Below the pieces are notes generated by a model. It saw only the letters and a list, made by a program, of their open reading frames with translations. It was not told where the DNA came from and ran no database searches. This document shows, piece by piece, positions 37,127-46,993 of a stretch of 64,000 bases of DNA (its first letter is position 1; each line of letters starts with the position of its first letter). The position numbers and the translations under genes are program-made. The stretch comes from an uncultured Alphaproteobacteria bacterium (GTDB taxonomy: Bacteria > Pseudomonadota > Alphaproteobacteria > UBA7985): NCBI GenBank assembly GCA_905479265.1, contig CAJQLX010000020.1, positions 11,906 to 75,905 on the forward strand. Reading direction: 5' to 3'.

Positions 37127-38365
37127 TCAGGCTGGTTTCTGCAGCCTGACTTGTGTGACCCCAATTTGATCAAAGTCGAAACCGACCGAACAGTGAATCA
37201 GGTAGTATTCCCACATGCGCTTGAACCGCTCGTCAAAACCCATGTCGCGGATCGTGGTCCAAGCGGCTTGGAACTTATCGTTCCACTGCAGCAATGTCTT
37301 GGCGTAGCTCTTGGCGTATTCGCCGTTAGGCTCGTACTGCATGCCCACGCGCTCGGTGCATTCCCTCATCCGGCTGTGGCTGAGCAAGCGGCCACCGGGG
37401 AAGATATAGCGGCTGATGAAATCGACCTGCGAGAGGTATTCTTCGAGCTTGTCATCTGGCACCGTAATGGCTTGAATCGCCGCAGCACCGCCGGGCTTGA
37501 GCACTTTAGCGATTTGGCCAAAGTAGGTGTCCCAGTATTTCTCGCCCACTGCTTCGATCATCTCAATCGACGCGACGCGGTCGTATCGGCCCGCTTCGGT
37601 ATCGCGATAATCCTGCATCCGCAGCTCAATCTTGTCGCTGATGCCTTCGCGCTGGAAACGGGCGGCGGCGAAGTCGTGCTGCTCTTGGCTGATGGTGATG
37701 CAGGTCATGTTCACGCCGACGTTCTTCACGGCGTACTCCGCAAACCCGCCCCAGCCGCAGCCAATCTCAAGCACTTGATCGCCCGGTTGCATCTGCGCCG
37801 TTTCCGCGATGCGCTTGTATTTCTCCTGCTGCGCGGCATACAGATCGTCGCTGTTGCTGCCTTCAAACACAGCAGACGAATAGGTCATGGAATCATCCAG
37901 CCACGTCGAATAGAACGCGTTGCCCAGATCATAGTGTTCGGCAATGTTGCGCCGCGAACCGTCCTTGGAGTTTGGCCGCAAGAAATGGAAGACCTTGGCC
38001 AACAAGCCGGACCAGCCATAGGTCCGCATGTTGCTCAGGAACCAGTCCTGATTGGTCAGGGCCCAATCCATGAGATCTTTCAGATCCGCTGTGTCAATCA
38101 GCCCGTCCATGTAGACTTCGGCCAGACCCAATTCGCCACCACCGGCAATACGCGGAATTGCACCCCAAGACCGCAGGTGAACGATGCCGTGCGGTCCGGG
38201 TTGCTTACCCTTTACGCAGTACGTCGAACCGTCGGGCAAAGTGACGTCTAATTGCCCAAATTCAATGCCGTCTTCCATCGTCCGAAAGAAGCGTTGAAAG
38301 TTAGGTTTCGCAAACGCTTGACTAAGCGTATTTCCAATCACGATAGAATGCTCCCCACCGAACAT
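37127..38365 (-). CDS. Cyclopropane-fatty-acyl-phospholipid synthase family SAM-dependent methyltransferase (CfaS/UfaM-like)
   Basis: SAM motif VLEIGCGWGGFAEYA. N-terminal CFA-synthase-specific domain. 412 aa. Confidence 0.85.
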   Translation of the reverse strand: MFGGEHSIVIGNTLSQAFAKPNFQRFFRTMEDGIEFGQLDVTLPDGSTYCVKGKQPGPHGIVHLRSWGAIPRIAGGGELGLAEVYMDGLIDTADLKDLMDWALTNQDWFLSNMRTYGWSGLLAKVFHFLRPNSKDGSRRNIAEHYDLGNAFYSTWLDDSMTYSSAVFEGSNSDDLYAAQQEKYKRIAETAQMQPGDQVLEIGCGWGGFAEYAVKNVGVNMTCITISQEQHDFAAARFQREGISDKIELRMQDYRDTEAGRYDRVASIEMIEAVGEKYWDTYFGQIAKVLKPGGAAAIQAITVPDDKLEEYLSQVDFISRYIFPGGRLLSHSRMRECTERVGMQYEPNGEYAKSYAKTLLQWNDKFQAAWTTIRDMGFDERFKRMWEYYLIHCSVGFDFDQIGVTQVRLQKPA

Positions 38366-38407
38366 ATAACCTTTGAGACCTTCCTAGTTGGGGTCTCTTA
38401 GTGCCAA

Positions 38408-39235
38408 TTAAATATTGTTGGCTTGGTTTTGCCAAGTCTGAGCGGAAGAACCAAGCGATACTGCGTCTTTTGGCGGCTCTGGACGGTGGAAAAATGTCGC
38501 TCTTTTGCGGGTGAAGAGATGCAAGGCTTCCCAGTGGATCTCAAAAACCACCTTCAAGGGAATCATCGGCGCTTTGAATAAGGCTTGGAGAAGCGCTTTG
38601 GCGGTCAGTTGAGTCCGCTTGGCGCGATGCGTGGCGATCAATCGGTCGCCTTCCTCGCCCTCGTAACGGATCAGCAGGGAATAGGTCTCACCCGCCGGTT
38701 CCAACCGGAATGAGTAACCGCCGGTGACGGGCATAAAGGGGCTGACGTAGAGTTTCTTGACGGCGTCGTGATGCAGGACGCGCTGGTCCGCCTGCGCGTC
38801 GTTGATCGGCACCAAGTATGAATGCTTGTCGCCAAAGGTATTGTGAACCTCATACAAAACAGCGCGCAAATCCTCATCCGGGCCATAGCAGAACCAGACG
38901 CTGATCGGGTTAAACGTATGCCCCAGAACGCGCGGCATGCACAGGATTTGAACCCGTCCGCCTTCGAGGTCGATATGCGCCGCGCTCAGGTGCGCATCCA
39001 GCCACGGACGCAGCGGAGAGCCGTCGCACGGGCCGTGGTCGCGATCGTTGAAGCTGTAGAGCGAAAACCGGTTATGGCCGAACAGCGGCAGTTCGCGATC
39101 CAGCGTTTCCAGCTCATCAAGATCGAACAGAACGGAGAACACGCGGTATCTGAAACGGTGTTTTTTTGGGTTCATGCGCTGGTGCATGACCCGGCCCCAA
39201 TAGAAGGCAGATTTCAGAGAGCCGCGCGCCGTCAT
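38408..39235 (-). CDS. DUF1365 domain-containing protein (UfaO-like)
   Basis: Family-typical N-terminus YWGRVMHQRMNPKKHRFRYRVFSVLFDLDE. Its start overlaps the upstream oxidoreductase stop. Confidence 0.75.
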   Translation of the reverse strand: MTARGSLKSAFYWGRVMHQRMNPKKHRFRYRVFSVLFDLDELETLDRELPLFGHNRFSLYSFNDRDHGPCDGSPLRPWLDAHLSAAHIDLEGGRVQILCMPRVLGHTFNPISVWFCYGPDEDLRAVLYEVHNTFGDKHSYLVPINDAQADQRVLHHDAVKKLYVSPFMPVTGGYSFRLEPAGETYSLLIRYEGEEGDRLIATHRAKRTQLTAKALLQALFKAPMIPLKVVFEIHWEALHLFTRKRATFFHRPEPPKDAVSLGSSAQTWQNQANNI

Positions 39236-39237
39236 CG

Positions 39238-40623
39238 CTATTCAGCCGCAACGCGTTGGCTGTCGATCTCAGACAAGGGCGCCAGCCGGTCGAATTGCAG
39301 TTGCACCGCACGGGCCATATCGACACAGCGTACAGAAGCGCTCATCGGTACAATGTCCTTGGTCCACTCAACCTGAGCCCCGAGCGCGGCAGCCACACTC
39401 AAACCAGCCTGACATCCATCCTCGTGGAAGCCATAGCCGGCATAGGCACCGGCGAACCACGTGCGGTTGATGCCTTGCAGCGAGGCGAGCTGCGATTGCG
39501 CGTCCAGTGCTGCTTGGTCGAAGAGTGGGTGGTCATAATCGAAAGTCTGAATGACCTTCGCGGGGTCAATTTCATCGTAGGGGTTCAGGGTGACAAACAC
39601 GGGCTCTGGGCTTTCAAAGCTCTGCAGCGCGTTCATGTAATAGGTTACGGCCACCGGACTTGCCGTTTCACCAAAATCCCGGCTCAAGTAGTTCCAAGCG
39701 CCCCAAACGGCGCGGTTGTTCGGCATCTGCGACGTGTCGGTGTGAAGCACGGCGCGGTTGGCTTGGTATTTGAGATTGCCCAACGTGGCGCGTTCGGCGT
39801 CGGTGGCGCTGTCGCCGAGGATGCTTAGGGCCTGGTTGCTGTGACAGGCGAGAATGACATCGTCGAACAGGTCTTCGTGTCCGTCGGCGGTGCGCAGCTT
39901 GACCGAGTTCGGACCGCGCTCCAGCTCCACCACGGCGGAACCCATGCGCACGCGTCCGGGGCCGAGCGCTTGGACGATACGGTTTACGTATTCACGCGAG
40001 CCCCCATCGACCGTGTACCACTGGATCGTTTGACCGTTCTGCATCAGGCCGTGGTTTTTGAAAAAGCGCAGGAAGGTCGCGAGCGGAAAGTCGCGGAAGC
40101 CTTCTGTGCTGGACGACCAAATCGCAGCCGAGGAAGGAAGCAGGAAGTCTTCGGCAAAGGGAGAGTTGAGGTCGTGCTTGTCCAAAAAATCGCCAACCGT
40201 CATGGTTGGATCAACGCGGTCACCGTGCATTTTGTTGCCAACGTCGATAAACCGCAGCGCCTGACGCACCATTTTCCAATGGCGCGGGCTGAGCCAGTTT
40301 TTCGCGCCAGCGAGCAGGTCGCGCCCGGTGAACTCGCGCTTTCCGTTTGCGATCCCAACCGCGAAATGCATTTCCGCCTGCTTTGTCGGTACGTTCAATT
40401 CGTCGAACAAGCCGCACAGGTTCGGATAGTTGGCATGATTAAAGACGATGAAACCCGTATCAACCGGACCGGACCAGCCGTCGAGGGTGACGTCCACGGT
40501 ATTGCTGTGACCGCCCAGACGAGAGTCGGCTTCGTACAGGGTTACGTCGGCGCTGTTGCGCAGGGCGTAGGCGGCTGAAAGTCCGGAGATACCGGATCCG
40601 ACAATAGCAATCTTGTTTCTCAT
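39238..40623 (-). CDS. NAD(P)/FAD-dependent oxidoreductase, amine-oxidase-like (UfaD-like)
   Basis: Dinucleotide fold KIAIVGSGISGLSAAYAL…YEADSRLGGH. 461 aa. 4-nt overlap with the photolyase gene. Confidence 0.8.
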   Translation of the reverse strand: MRNKIAIVGSGISGLSAAYALRNSADVTLYEADSRLGGHSNTVDVTLDGWSGPVDTGFIVFNHANYPNLCGLFDELNVPTKQAEMHFAVGIANGKREFTGRDLLAGAKNWLSPRHWKMVRQALRFIDVGNKMHGDRVDPTMTVGDFLDKHDLNSPFAEDFLLPSSAAIWSSSTEGFRDFPLATFLRFFKNHGLMQNGQTIQWYTVDGGSREYVNRIVQALGPGRVRMGSAVVELERGPNSVKLRTADGHEDLFDDVILACHSNQALSILGDSATDAERATLGNLKYQANRAVLHTDTSQMPNNRAVWGAWNYLSRDFGETASPVAVTYYMNALQSFESPEPVFVTLNPYDEIDPAKVIQTFDYDHPLFDQAALDAQSQLASLQGINRTWFAGAYAGYGFHEDGCQAGLSVAAALGAQVEWTKDIVPMSASVRCVDMARAVQLQFDRLAPLSEIDSQRVAAE

Positions 40624-42176
40624 GCGGCGTGGGCCTTTTCGGCTTGGGAAGTCGGTGAGGAGGAAGGCGGGGTCGCAGGCTTTTTGATCGTCGAATAGGC
40701 AGCAAGCGCACGCGCGCGGGCAGTGGCGTGATCGACGATGGGTCGCGGGTAAGTCTTACCCAAGGTCACGCCGCCTGCTTGCATCAGCAGTGGATCAGCA
40801 TTCCAAGGTTCAAACAAGCTCTTGTCGTCCAGTTTGGCCAATTCAGGGACGAAGTGACGGATATATTTTGCGTCTGGGTCGAACTTTGGGCCTTGCGTGA
40901 TGGGATTGAACACGCGGAAAAACGGCGAGGCGTCTGCGCCGCTGCCGGCCACCCACTGCCAGCCTGCGCTGTTGGAGGCGATATCGGCATCGACCAGCGT
41001 GTCCCAGAACCAGCGCTCACCTTTTTGCCATGGCTGCAGTTGGTGTTTGACGAGGAACGAGCCGGTGATCATCCTCACGCGGTTATGCATCCAGCCGGTT
41101 TGCCACAGTTGGCGCATGCCGGCATCGACCATGGGGTAGCCCGTCTGCCCTTTGCACCACGCCGCGTAGCCGTCTGCATTTTCATCCCATGGGAAGCGAT
41201 CAAAATCGGCTTTCCAGTTGTGGGAAGGCAGGGTCGGGAAGTGGTGGAGCAGGTAATAGGAAAACTCGCGCCAGCCGATTTCACGCAAAAAGGCCCAGCC
41301 GGGGTTTTCGAGTTGTGGTGTGGTGCTCATCACCTGCAACGTCCAATGCCAGAGCTGCCGCGGTGATACGTGCCCGAATTTCAGGAATGGGCTGAGGCGG
41401 GAGCAGGCTTCCAGATCGGGCCGGTTGCGGCCTTCATTGTAGTTTCCCAGTCCGCCACCGCGCCCGTCGCCCGCGATAAACGCATCAAAACGGGCCTGAG
41501 CGCCCGCTTCGCCCGGCGTCCACGTCGCCGCTAAACCAGCGGACCAGTCCGGCGCGGTGGGCAACAGGTTCAGCGCGTCGAGGGTTAGCGCGTCGCGGAT
41601 CGGTCCGTTGAAAGCCGGGATTTGCGCTGGCGCGGGGGTGGGTTGGCTGACGCTGTGAAGGCTGATGGTTTTCCAGTAGGGGGTAAAAACCTTGAACACA
41701 CCGCCGCTCTTGTTACGGACGGCAACGGGTTCTGAGATCAGGTTGCCGTTGAAGGATTTCGCTTCGATCCCTTGGTCTTTGAGCGTGGTCTTTAGGCCAG
41801 CGTCTGGCTCACGATCATAGGGCGCGTAGGATCGGTTCCAGAACACAGCACCAGCGCCGAGTTGGTCCGCCAGATCCGCAATCACGCCGTCGGCTTTGCC
41901 GCGCAGCAAAACCAGCCCGCTACCGCGCTTCTCCAAGTCTGCATTCAGCGCGGCTAAGCCCTGATGCAGCCACCAGCGCGACGCGCCACCCAAGGCCCAC
42001 GGGCCGGGTGTTTCGTCATCAAGAACATAAGCGCAAACCACGGGACCGCCGCGCTCGACGGCGGCATTGAGCGCAGGATTGTCGGCCAGACGGAGGTCAT
42101 GGCGAAACCACAGGATGCTGACGGGCTGATTTGGATTTGAGGCGGCAGTGGTCAAAGGTCTCGATACTCGGTGCAT
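40620..42176 (-). CDS. phr: Deoxyribodipyrimidine photolyase (cryptochrome/photolyase family)
   Basis: N-terminal photolyase domain (LWFRHDLRLADNPAL). FAD-binding domain with the Trp-rich region (…WREFSYYLL…, …TGYPMVDAGMRQLWQTGWMHNRVRMI…). Confidence 0.9.
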   Translation of the reverse strand: MHRVSRPLTTAASNPNQPVSILWFRHDLRLADNPALNAAVERGGPVVCAYVLDDETPGPWALGGASRWWLHQGLAALNADLEKRGSGLVLLRGKADGVIADLADQLGAGAVFWNRSYAPYDREPDAGLKTTLKDQGIEAKSFNGNLISEPVAVRNKSGGVFKVFTPYWKTISLHSVSQPTPAPAQIPAFNGPIRDALTLDALNLLPTAPDWSAGLAATWTPGEAGAQARFDAFIAGDGRGGGLGNYNEGRNRPDLEACSRLSPFLKFGHVSPRQLWHWTLQVMSTTPQLENPGWAFLREIGWREFSYYLLHHFPTLPSHNWKADFDRFPWDENADGYAAWCKGQTGYPMVDAGMRQLWQTGWMHNRVRMITGSFLVKHQLQPWQKGERWFWDTLVDADIASNSAGWQWVAGSGADASPFFRVFNPITQGPKFDPDAKYIRHFVPELAKLDDKSLFEPWNADPLLMQAGGVTLGKTYPRPIVDHATARARALAAYSTIKKPATPPSSSPTSQAEKAHAA

Positions 42177-42230
42177 TGCGTTGAAAATCCCGAGCGACGC
42201 GCGGGGTGGCGCATGCTTGGGCGCAGCGCA

Positions 42231-42995
42231 TCACCGCAACAAAGATTCCCCCCTGACTGCTGCGATTTGCCGCTTTCCCAAAAGGTAGACCGCGCATTTG
42301 GTAAGACCAGTCCCTTGCGCAACAGAATTATGAGAGAACAGAGCCGTTATCGAGGGGTGAGCAACGTTCAAACCGCCGGTAAAGGTGCCAAAGGCCGGTA
42401 GGATCAGTCGCTGCGAATCGTGGATAAAACAAGAGCGCGTCAGCGGGCGACCGTTGGGGCCGCGAATGCTGGCTTTTGGGTGCCAATGTCCTGAGATTTC
42501 GCCCGGCAACGGGAACAGCGGGGAGGCTTCGTGCCGGAAGTGCAGCGGGCCAAGTAAAATGTCCTCGTGAACGTCACCGCCCAAGTGCTCGGGAACCTCT
42601 GGGTCGTGGTTGCCTGTCACCCAGATGAAGCGCTCGACTGAGGCTGTGAGGCGCTGCACGCGGGCGAGCAGGGCATCGCTTAGGCCAGCGATGACCGCAG
42701 GATTATGAAAGGAATCGCCCAATGAAATCAGCGTGCGCGCTTTGGTCGACGCCACCAGCGCCTCGACCCGGCTGAGGGTTTCGTCACTGTCATAGGGGGG
42801 TAAGAACGTGCCTGAGCGCGCAAAGGCTGCGCCCTTTTCAAGGTGCAGATCGCTGACGATCAAAGCGCTGGCTGCGGGCCACAAAAGCGCGCCTGTGACG
42901 TGCGCCACAAGCTGCTCACCGTTGAAGGAAAACGGGAATAACGGGTTCGCGGGCGAGGTCTTGGGCTTGGCTTTGGCGGCGGAAACGTCTGTCAT
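42231..42995 (-). CDS. Metallophosphoesterase, PdeM-like (ligase-associated DNA-damage-response endonuclease family)
   Basis: LIVSDLHLEKGAAF… GDSFHN… VTGNHD… are calcineurin-like motifs. The C-terminal CFIHD…LILPAFGTFTGG is PdeM-like. No Lhr or ligase gene is adjacent. Confidence 0.6.
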   Translation of the reverse strand: MTDVSAAKAKPKTSPANPLFPFSFNGEQLVAHVTGALLWPAASALIVSDLHLEKGAAFARSGTFLPPYDSDETLSRVEALVASTKARTLISLGDSFHNPAVIAGLSDALLARVQRLTASVERFIWVTGNHDPEVPEHLGGDVHEDILLGPLHFRHEASPLFPLPGEISGHWHPKASIRGPNGRPLTRSCFIHDSQRLILPAFGTFTGGLNVAHPSITALFSHNSVAQGTGLTKCAVYLLGKRQIAAVRGESLLR

Positions 42996-43173
42996 GGGGT
43001 GGGTTTAAAGCAGGCTTAGTGAGCTGTCATCACCTGCGCGATTGCACGGCTCTGGCGGAGTGACGCACGGCATGTGCCGGGGCAGGGCGAGTGCTGCTTG
43101 AAACCGCGATTGTGCAAGTGGTGTCGCGACAGGGCTAGGGGCGGTGTGGGCGGTGGTGTAGCAGGGGAAAGTC

Positions 43174-45333
43174 ATGTCTGCTCCTGCCACTGTTTTGATC
43201 GATTTTCCCATGTCTCAAACGCCTAAATTCCATCGATTGCTGAACCCCAAAACCATCGCCGTTGTTGGTGGATCGTGGGCAGCGGCGGTGATTGAGCAGT
43301 GCGAACGCATGGGGTTTGAGGGCGAGATTTGGCCGGTTCACCCCAGCAAAACCGACGTTCGAGGCCGCAGAGCCTATGCGTCGATTGACGCGCTTCCCGC
43401 GGCGCCAGACGCGACTTTTGTTGGGGTGAACCGAGCGGCAACGCTGGAGGTTGTGCGCGCACTTTCAGCCCGGGGCGCAGGCGGGGCGACGTGCTTTGCA
43501 GCGGGCTGGGCCGAAGTTGAAGCCGAGGGCGAGGCCATGCAAGCGGCGTTGCTGGAAGCCGCCGGTGACATGCCGATTTTTGGGCCCAACTGCTATGGGC
43601 TGATCAACTATTGCACCGGCGCGACGCTGTGGCCGGACGTTCATGGCGGTTCGCGGGTGGAGCGCGGGGCGGCGCTGATTTGCCAATCGTCGAACATTGC
43701 CATCAACCTGACCATGCAGCGTCGGGCGTTGCCGCTGAGTTTCGTTCTGACCGTCGGGAACGGCGCGCAGGTGGGGCTGGGCGATATGATCGAGGAGCTG
43801 GCCGCCGATGAGCGGGTAACAAGCATTGGCTTGTATATCGAAGGATTTGGCGATCCGGCGCGCTTTGCCCAAGCCGTGGCCGCAGCGCACGCGCGCGGTG
43901 TTGGCGTGGTGGCGATCAAGGCTGGACAGTCCGAAGGCGGGCAAGCGCTGGCGCTGACGCATACGGCGTCGCTGGCTGGTGGCGCGGCGGTGGCGTCTGC
44001 GTTCCTGGCGCGCACAGGCGTGGCGGAAGTGGCGACGCTGCCAACCCTGCTGGAAACGCTCAAGGTGCTGCATTTCAAGGGCGCGCTGGACAATTGCCGG
44101 GTCATATCGGTGAGCTGTTCGGGCGGTGAAGCGGGTTTGATGGCGGATTTGGGCGCAGCGGCGGGACTGGAATTTCCAGCCCTGAGCGAGGCGGAAGCAG
44201 CACGGATCGGCGAGAGCTTGAACCCCCTTGTCACCGTCTCCAACCCCTTTGACTACAACACCTTTGATTGGGGTGATTCGGCGGCGCTGGGGGCGATGTG
44301 GGCGGGGATCATGGCGCTGGACGTTGCGCACCCGATGTTGGTGATCGATTGGCCAGCAGAAGGCACGGGACCGACGCACACGTGGGACGTGGCGATTGAG
44401 GCCGTTGGCGCGGCGCTGAACGGATCAGATCGGCGGGCCGGGGTTCCGGCGCTGGTGGCATCCTTGCCGGAGAATATGCCCGGCGCGGCGGCAGAAAAGA
44501 TTGCTGGGCTGGGTCTGGTGCCGGGGCATGGCTTAGACGAGCATCTGCAGGCCGTTGCGGGCGCAGCGCAAATTGGCGGGCATCGCCGGGCACTGGCAAA
44601 CGCAACCGTGCTGCCCGTGCAGATTTTGCCCGGTGGGCGGGCGTCCGGTTCCTCCCCCATGTTGGATGAAGCGGCAGCAAAAACACGGCTGGGGTCGTTT
44701 GGGATTCCTGTGCCAGAGCATCGAACCTGCGCAAGCGTTGAAGAGGCGGTCGCGGCAGTGGTTGACTTTGGCCACGCCGGGACGCGCTGCGCGATGAAGA
44801 TTTTGGGCGATTTTCCGCATAAAACGGAGCTGGGCGGCGTCCGGCTGGGGCTGGGCGCGGATGATCTGGACGCGGTTCGATCGGCGGCGCGTGCCTTGCT
44901 GAACATTTCCGGTGCCGTGTTGGTCGAGCCGATGGCCGATAAGCCGGTGGTCGAGATGATCCTTGGCGTTGCGCAGGATCCGGCGCTGGGGCTGCATGTG
45001 GTCTTGGGCGCGGGCGGGGTTTTGACCGAGATTTTGGCCGACAGCGAAATCCTGCTGTTTCCTTACGCTGAGGCTGACGTTCGAGCGGCGCTGGAACGCT
45101 TGCGGATATGGCCGCTGCTGGCCGGGTATCGCGGGGCGGCTGGCGGTGATGTGAGCGCGCTGGTTGGCGCGGTGATGGCGCTGGGTGATTTCGTGCAGGC
45201 CCATGCGGACCGGCTGATCGAGCTGGACATCAACCCGTTGTTTGTCCATGCGGCAACTGAAGCAAGTGGCGCAGGTGGCGCGAGTGGCGCAGGCGTCATG
45301 GCGGTTGACGCTCTGGTCAGAATGACGGACTGA
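43174..45333 (+). CDS. Acetate--CoA ligase family protein (ADP/NDP-forming acyl-CoA synthetase, fused alpha/beta domains)
   Basis: N-terminal CoA-binding domain (KTIAVVGGS), succinyl-CoA-synthetase-like ligase-CoA domain, C-terminal ATP-grasp. 719 aa. An alternative start is at 43210. Confidence 0.8.
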   Translation: MSAPATVLIDFPMSQTPKFHRLLNPKTIAVVGGSWAAAVIEQCERMGFEGEIWPVHPSKTDVRGRRAYASIDALPAAPDATFVGVNRAATLEVVRALSARGAGGATCFAAGWAEVEAEGEAMQAALLEAAGDMPIFGPNCYGLINYCTGATLWPDVHGGSRVERGAALICQSSNIAINLTMQRRALPLSFVLTVGNGAQVGLGDMIEELAADERVTSIGLYIEGFGDPARFAQAVAAAHARGVGVVAIKAGQSEGGQALALTHTASLAGGAAVASAFLARTGVAEVATLPTLLETLKVLHFKGALDNCRVISVSCSGGEAGLMADLGAAAGLEFPALSEAEAARIGESLNPLVTVSNPFDYNTFDWGDSAALGAMWAGIMALDVAHPMLVIDWPAEGTGPTHTWDVAIEAVGAALNGSDRRAGVPALVASLPENMPGAAAEKIAGLGLVPGHGLDEHLQAVAGAAQIGGHRRALANATVLPVQILPGGRASGSSPMLDEAAAKTRLGSFGIPVPEHRTCASVEEAVAAVVDFGHAGTRCAMKILGDFPHKTELGGVRLGLGADDLDAVRSAARALLNISGAVLVEPMADKPVVEMILGVAQDPALGLHVVLGAGGVLTEILADSEILLFPYAEADVRAALERLRIWPLLAGYRGAAGGDVSALVGAVMALGDFVQAHADRLIELDINPLFVHAATEASGAGGASGAGVMAVDALVRMTD

Positions 45334-45392
45334 ATGGACGTTTGCACCGGGTCCAAACCACGGATTTACTTTGTCAGCACAGGGAGTGCGCA

Positions 45393-46181
45393 ACCATGAC
45401 TTCTGCCCTTTCAACCCGCACCGAAGGCGGGATCCTTGAAGTAACGCTCGACCGGCCAAAGGCCAACGCAATCAATCTGACGACCAGCCGGGAAATGGGC
45501 GAGATCTTTGCGGGTTTCCGGGACGATCCGGCTTTGCGGGTGGCCATCGTTAAGACCGCAGGAGACAAGTTTTTCTCCGCCGGTTGGGACTTGAAGGCAG
45601 CGGCGGACGGCGATGCTGTCGATGGGGACTATGGTCAGGGTGGTTTTGCCGGCTTGCAGGAGCTGCGAGACTTGAACAAGCCGGTGATTGCCTGTGTGCA
45701 GGGTATGGCCGTTGGGGGCGGGTTTGAGTTGGCGCTGTCGTGTGACTTGATTTACGCCACCGCGGCTTCGTCCTTTGCCCTGCCGGAGATCAAAGCCGGC
45801 ACGCTGGCGGATGCGGCGACCATCAAACTGCCCAAACGCATGCCCTACCACGTGGCCATGGACTTGCTGTTCACCGGGCGGTGGATGGACGCGGAAGAGG
45901 CGGCGCGCTGGGGGCTGGTGAACCAAGTTCTGGCCGATGGTGCCGCACTGGAAGCGCGGGTTTGGGAGATTGCTCGCTTGCTCGAATCCGGTCCGCCGCT
46001 GGTGTTCGCCTCGATCAAAGAAGTCGCGCGGGCGGCTGAAGGCGAGAAATTTCAGGATGTTATGAATTCTGTCACTAAACGTAAGTTAAGCACCGTCGAT
46101 GTGCTTTACGGCTCAGAAGATAACCTCGAAGGCTTTAAAGCTTTCGCGGAGAAGCGTGACCCGGTTTGGAAAGGCCGCTAA
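45393..46181 (+). CDS. Enoyl-CoA hydratase/isomerase (crotonase) family protein
   Basis: Internal start MTSALSTRTEGGILEVTLDRPKANAINL. Oxyanion-hole region CVQGMAVGGGFELALSCD. Confidence 0.8.
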   Translation, partial: TMTSALSTRTEGGILEVTLDRPKANAINLTTSREMGEIFAGFRDDPALRVAIVKTAGDKFFSAGWDLKAAADGDAVDGDYGQGGFAGLQELRDLNKPVIACVQGMAVGGGFELALSCDLIYATAASSFALPEIKAGTLADAATIKLPKRMPYHVAMDLLFTGRWMDAEEAARWGLVNQVLADGAALEARVWEIARLLESGPPLVFASIKEVARAAEGEKFQDVMNSVTKRKLSTVDVLYGSEDNLEGFKAFAEKRDPVWKGR

Positions 46182-46210
46182 AATACCGGTAAAGACAGGA
46201 GGCTGCGGCT

Positions 46211-46993
46211 ATGGATTATGACACGATCAAAACAGAGGTTGAGGGCGGTGTTGGTATCATCACCTTAAACCGGCCTGACTCGCTGAACGCGTTCAACACA
46301 CAGATGCGCGCGGACTTTGTCGCGGCGGCGGCGGAGATGGAAGCCAATGATGCCGTGCGGGCCGTGGTGCTGACCGGGGCAGGGCGCGGGTTCTGTGCCG
46401 GGGCCGATCTGAAGGAAACCGGCGGGACGCGGGAAAAGACCGTGACGGAGGTGCTGATCGAAGAATACAAGCCCGGCATCATGGCCATCGCGAATTCGGA
46501 CAAGACATACATTGCGGCGGTTGCCGGTCCTGCGAGCGGGATTGGGGCGGCCTATGCGCAGGCTTGTGACATGATGATCATGGGTGAGGGCGCCTATATC
46601 TACATGGCGTTTGCCGCGATTGCGCTGGTTCCTGATGGCGGGAACACGTGGCAGTTGGTGCGCCAGTTGGGGTACAAGCGGGCCTATGAGGCCATTTTGG
46701 AAGGTCAGAAAATTCCAGCGGCTCAAGCGGTCGAGTGGGGTTTGGCAAATCGGGTAACGGCGGATGAGACCCTGCTCGAAGACGCCAAAGCCTGGGCTGA
46801 GAAAGCCGCGAATGCTGCGCCGCTGGCGGTTCGTAACGTCAAGCGCATCTTGCGGGCGGCGACGGAAAATGACTTGAGTGCGGTGATCGACGATGAGGCG
46901 CACCGGCAGTTCGAGTGCATGAACTCCAAGGATTTCAATGAGGGGGTTTCGGCCTTCTTCCAGAAGCGGCCACCGGCGTTCAAAGGGCACTAG
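46211..46993 (+). CDS. Enoyl-CoA hydratase/isomerase (crotonase) family protein
   Basis: GVGIITLNRPDSLNAF; …GAGRGFCAGADLKE…; 260 aa. Confidence 0.8.
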   Translation: MDYDTIKTEVEGGVGIITLNRPDSLNAFNTQMRADFVAAAAEMEANDAVRAVVLTGAGRGFCAGADLKETGGTREKTVTEVLIEEYKPGIMAIANSDKTYIAAVAGPASGIGAAYAQACDMMIMGEGAYIYMAFAAIALVPDGGNTWQLVRQLGYKRAYEAILEGQKIPAAQAVEWGLANRVTADETLLEDAKAWAEKAANAAPLAVRNVKRILRAATENDLSAVIDDEAHRQFECMNSKDFNEGVSAFFQKRPPAFKGH

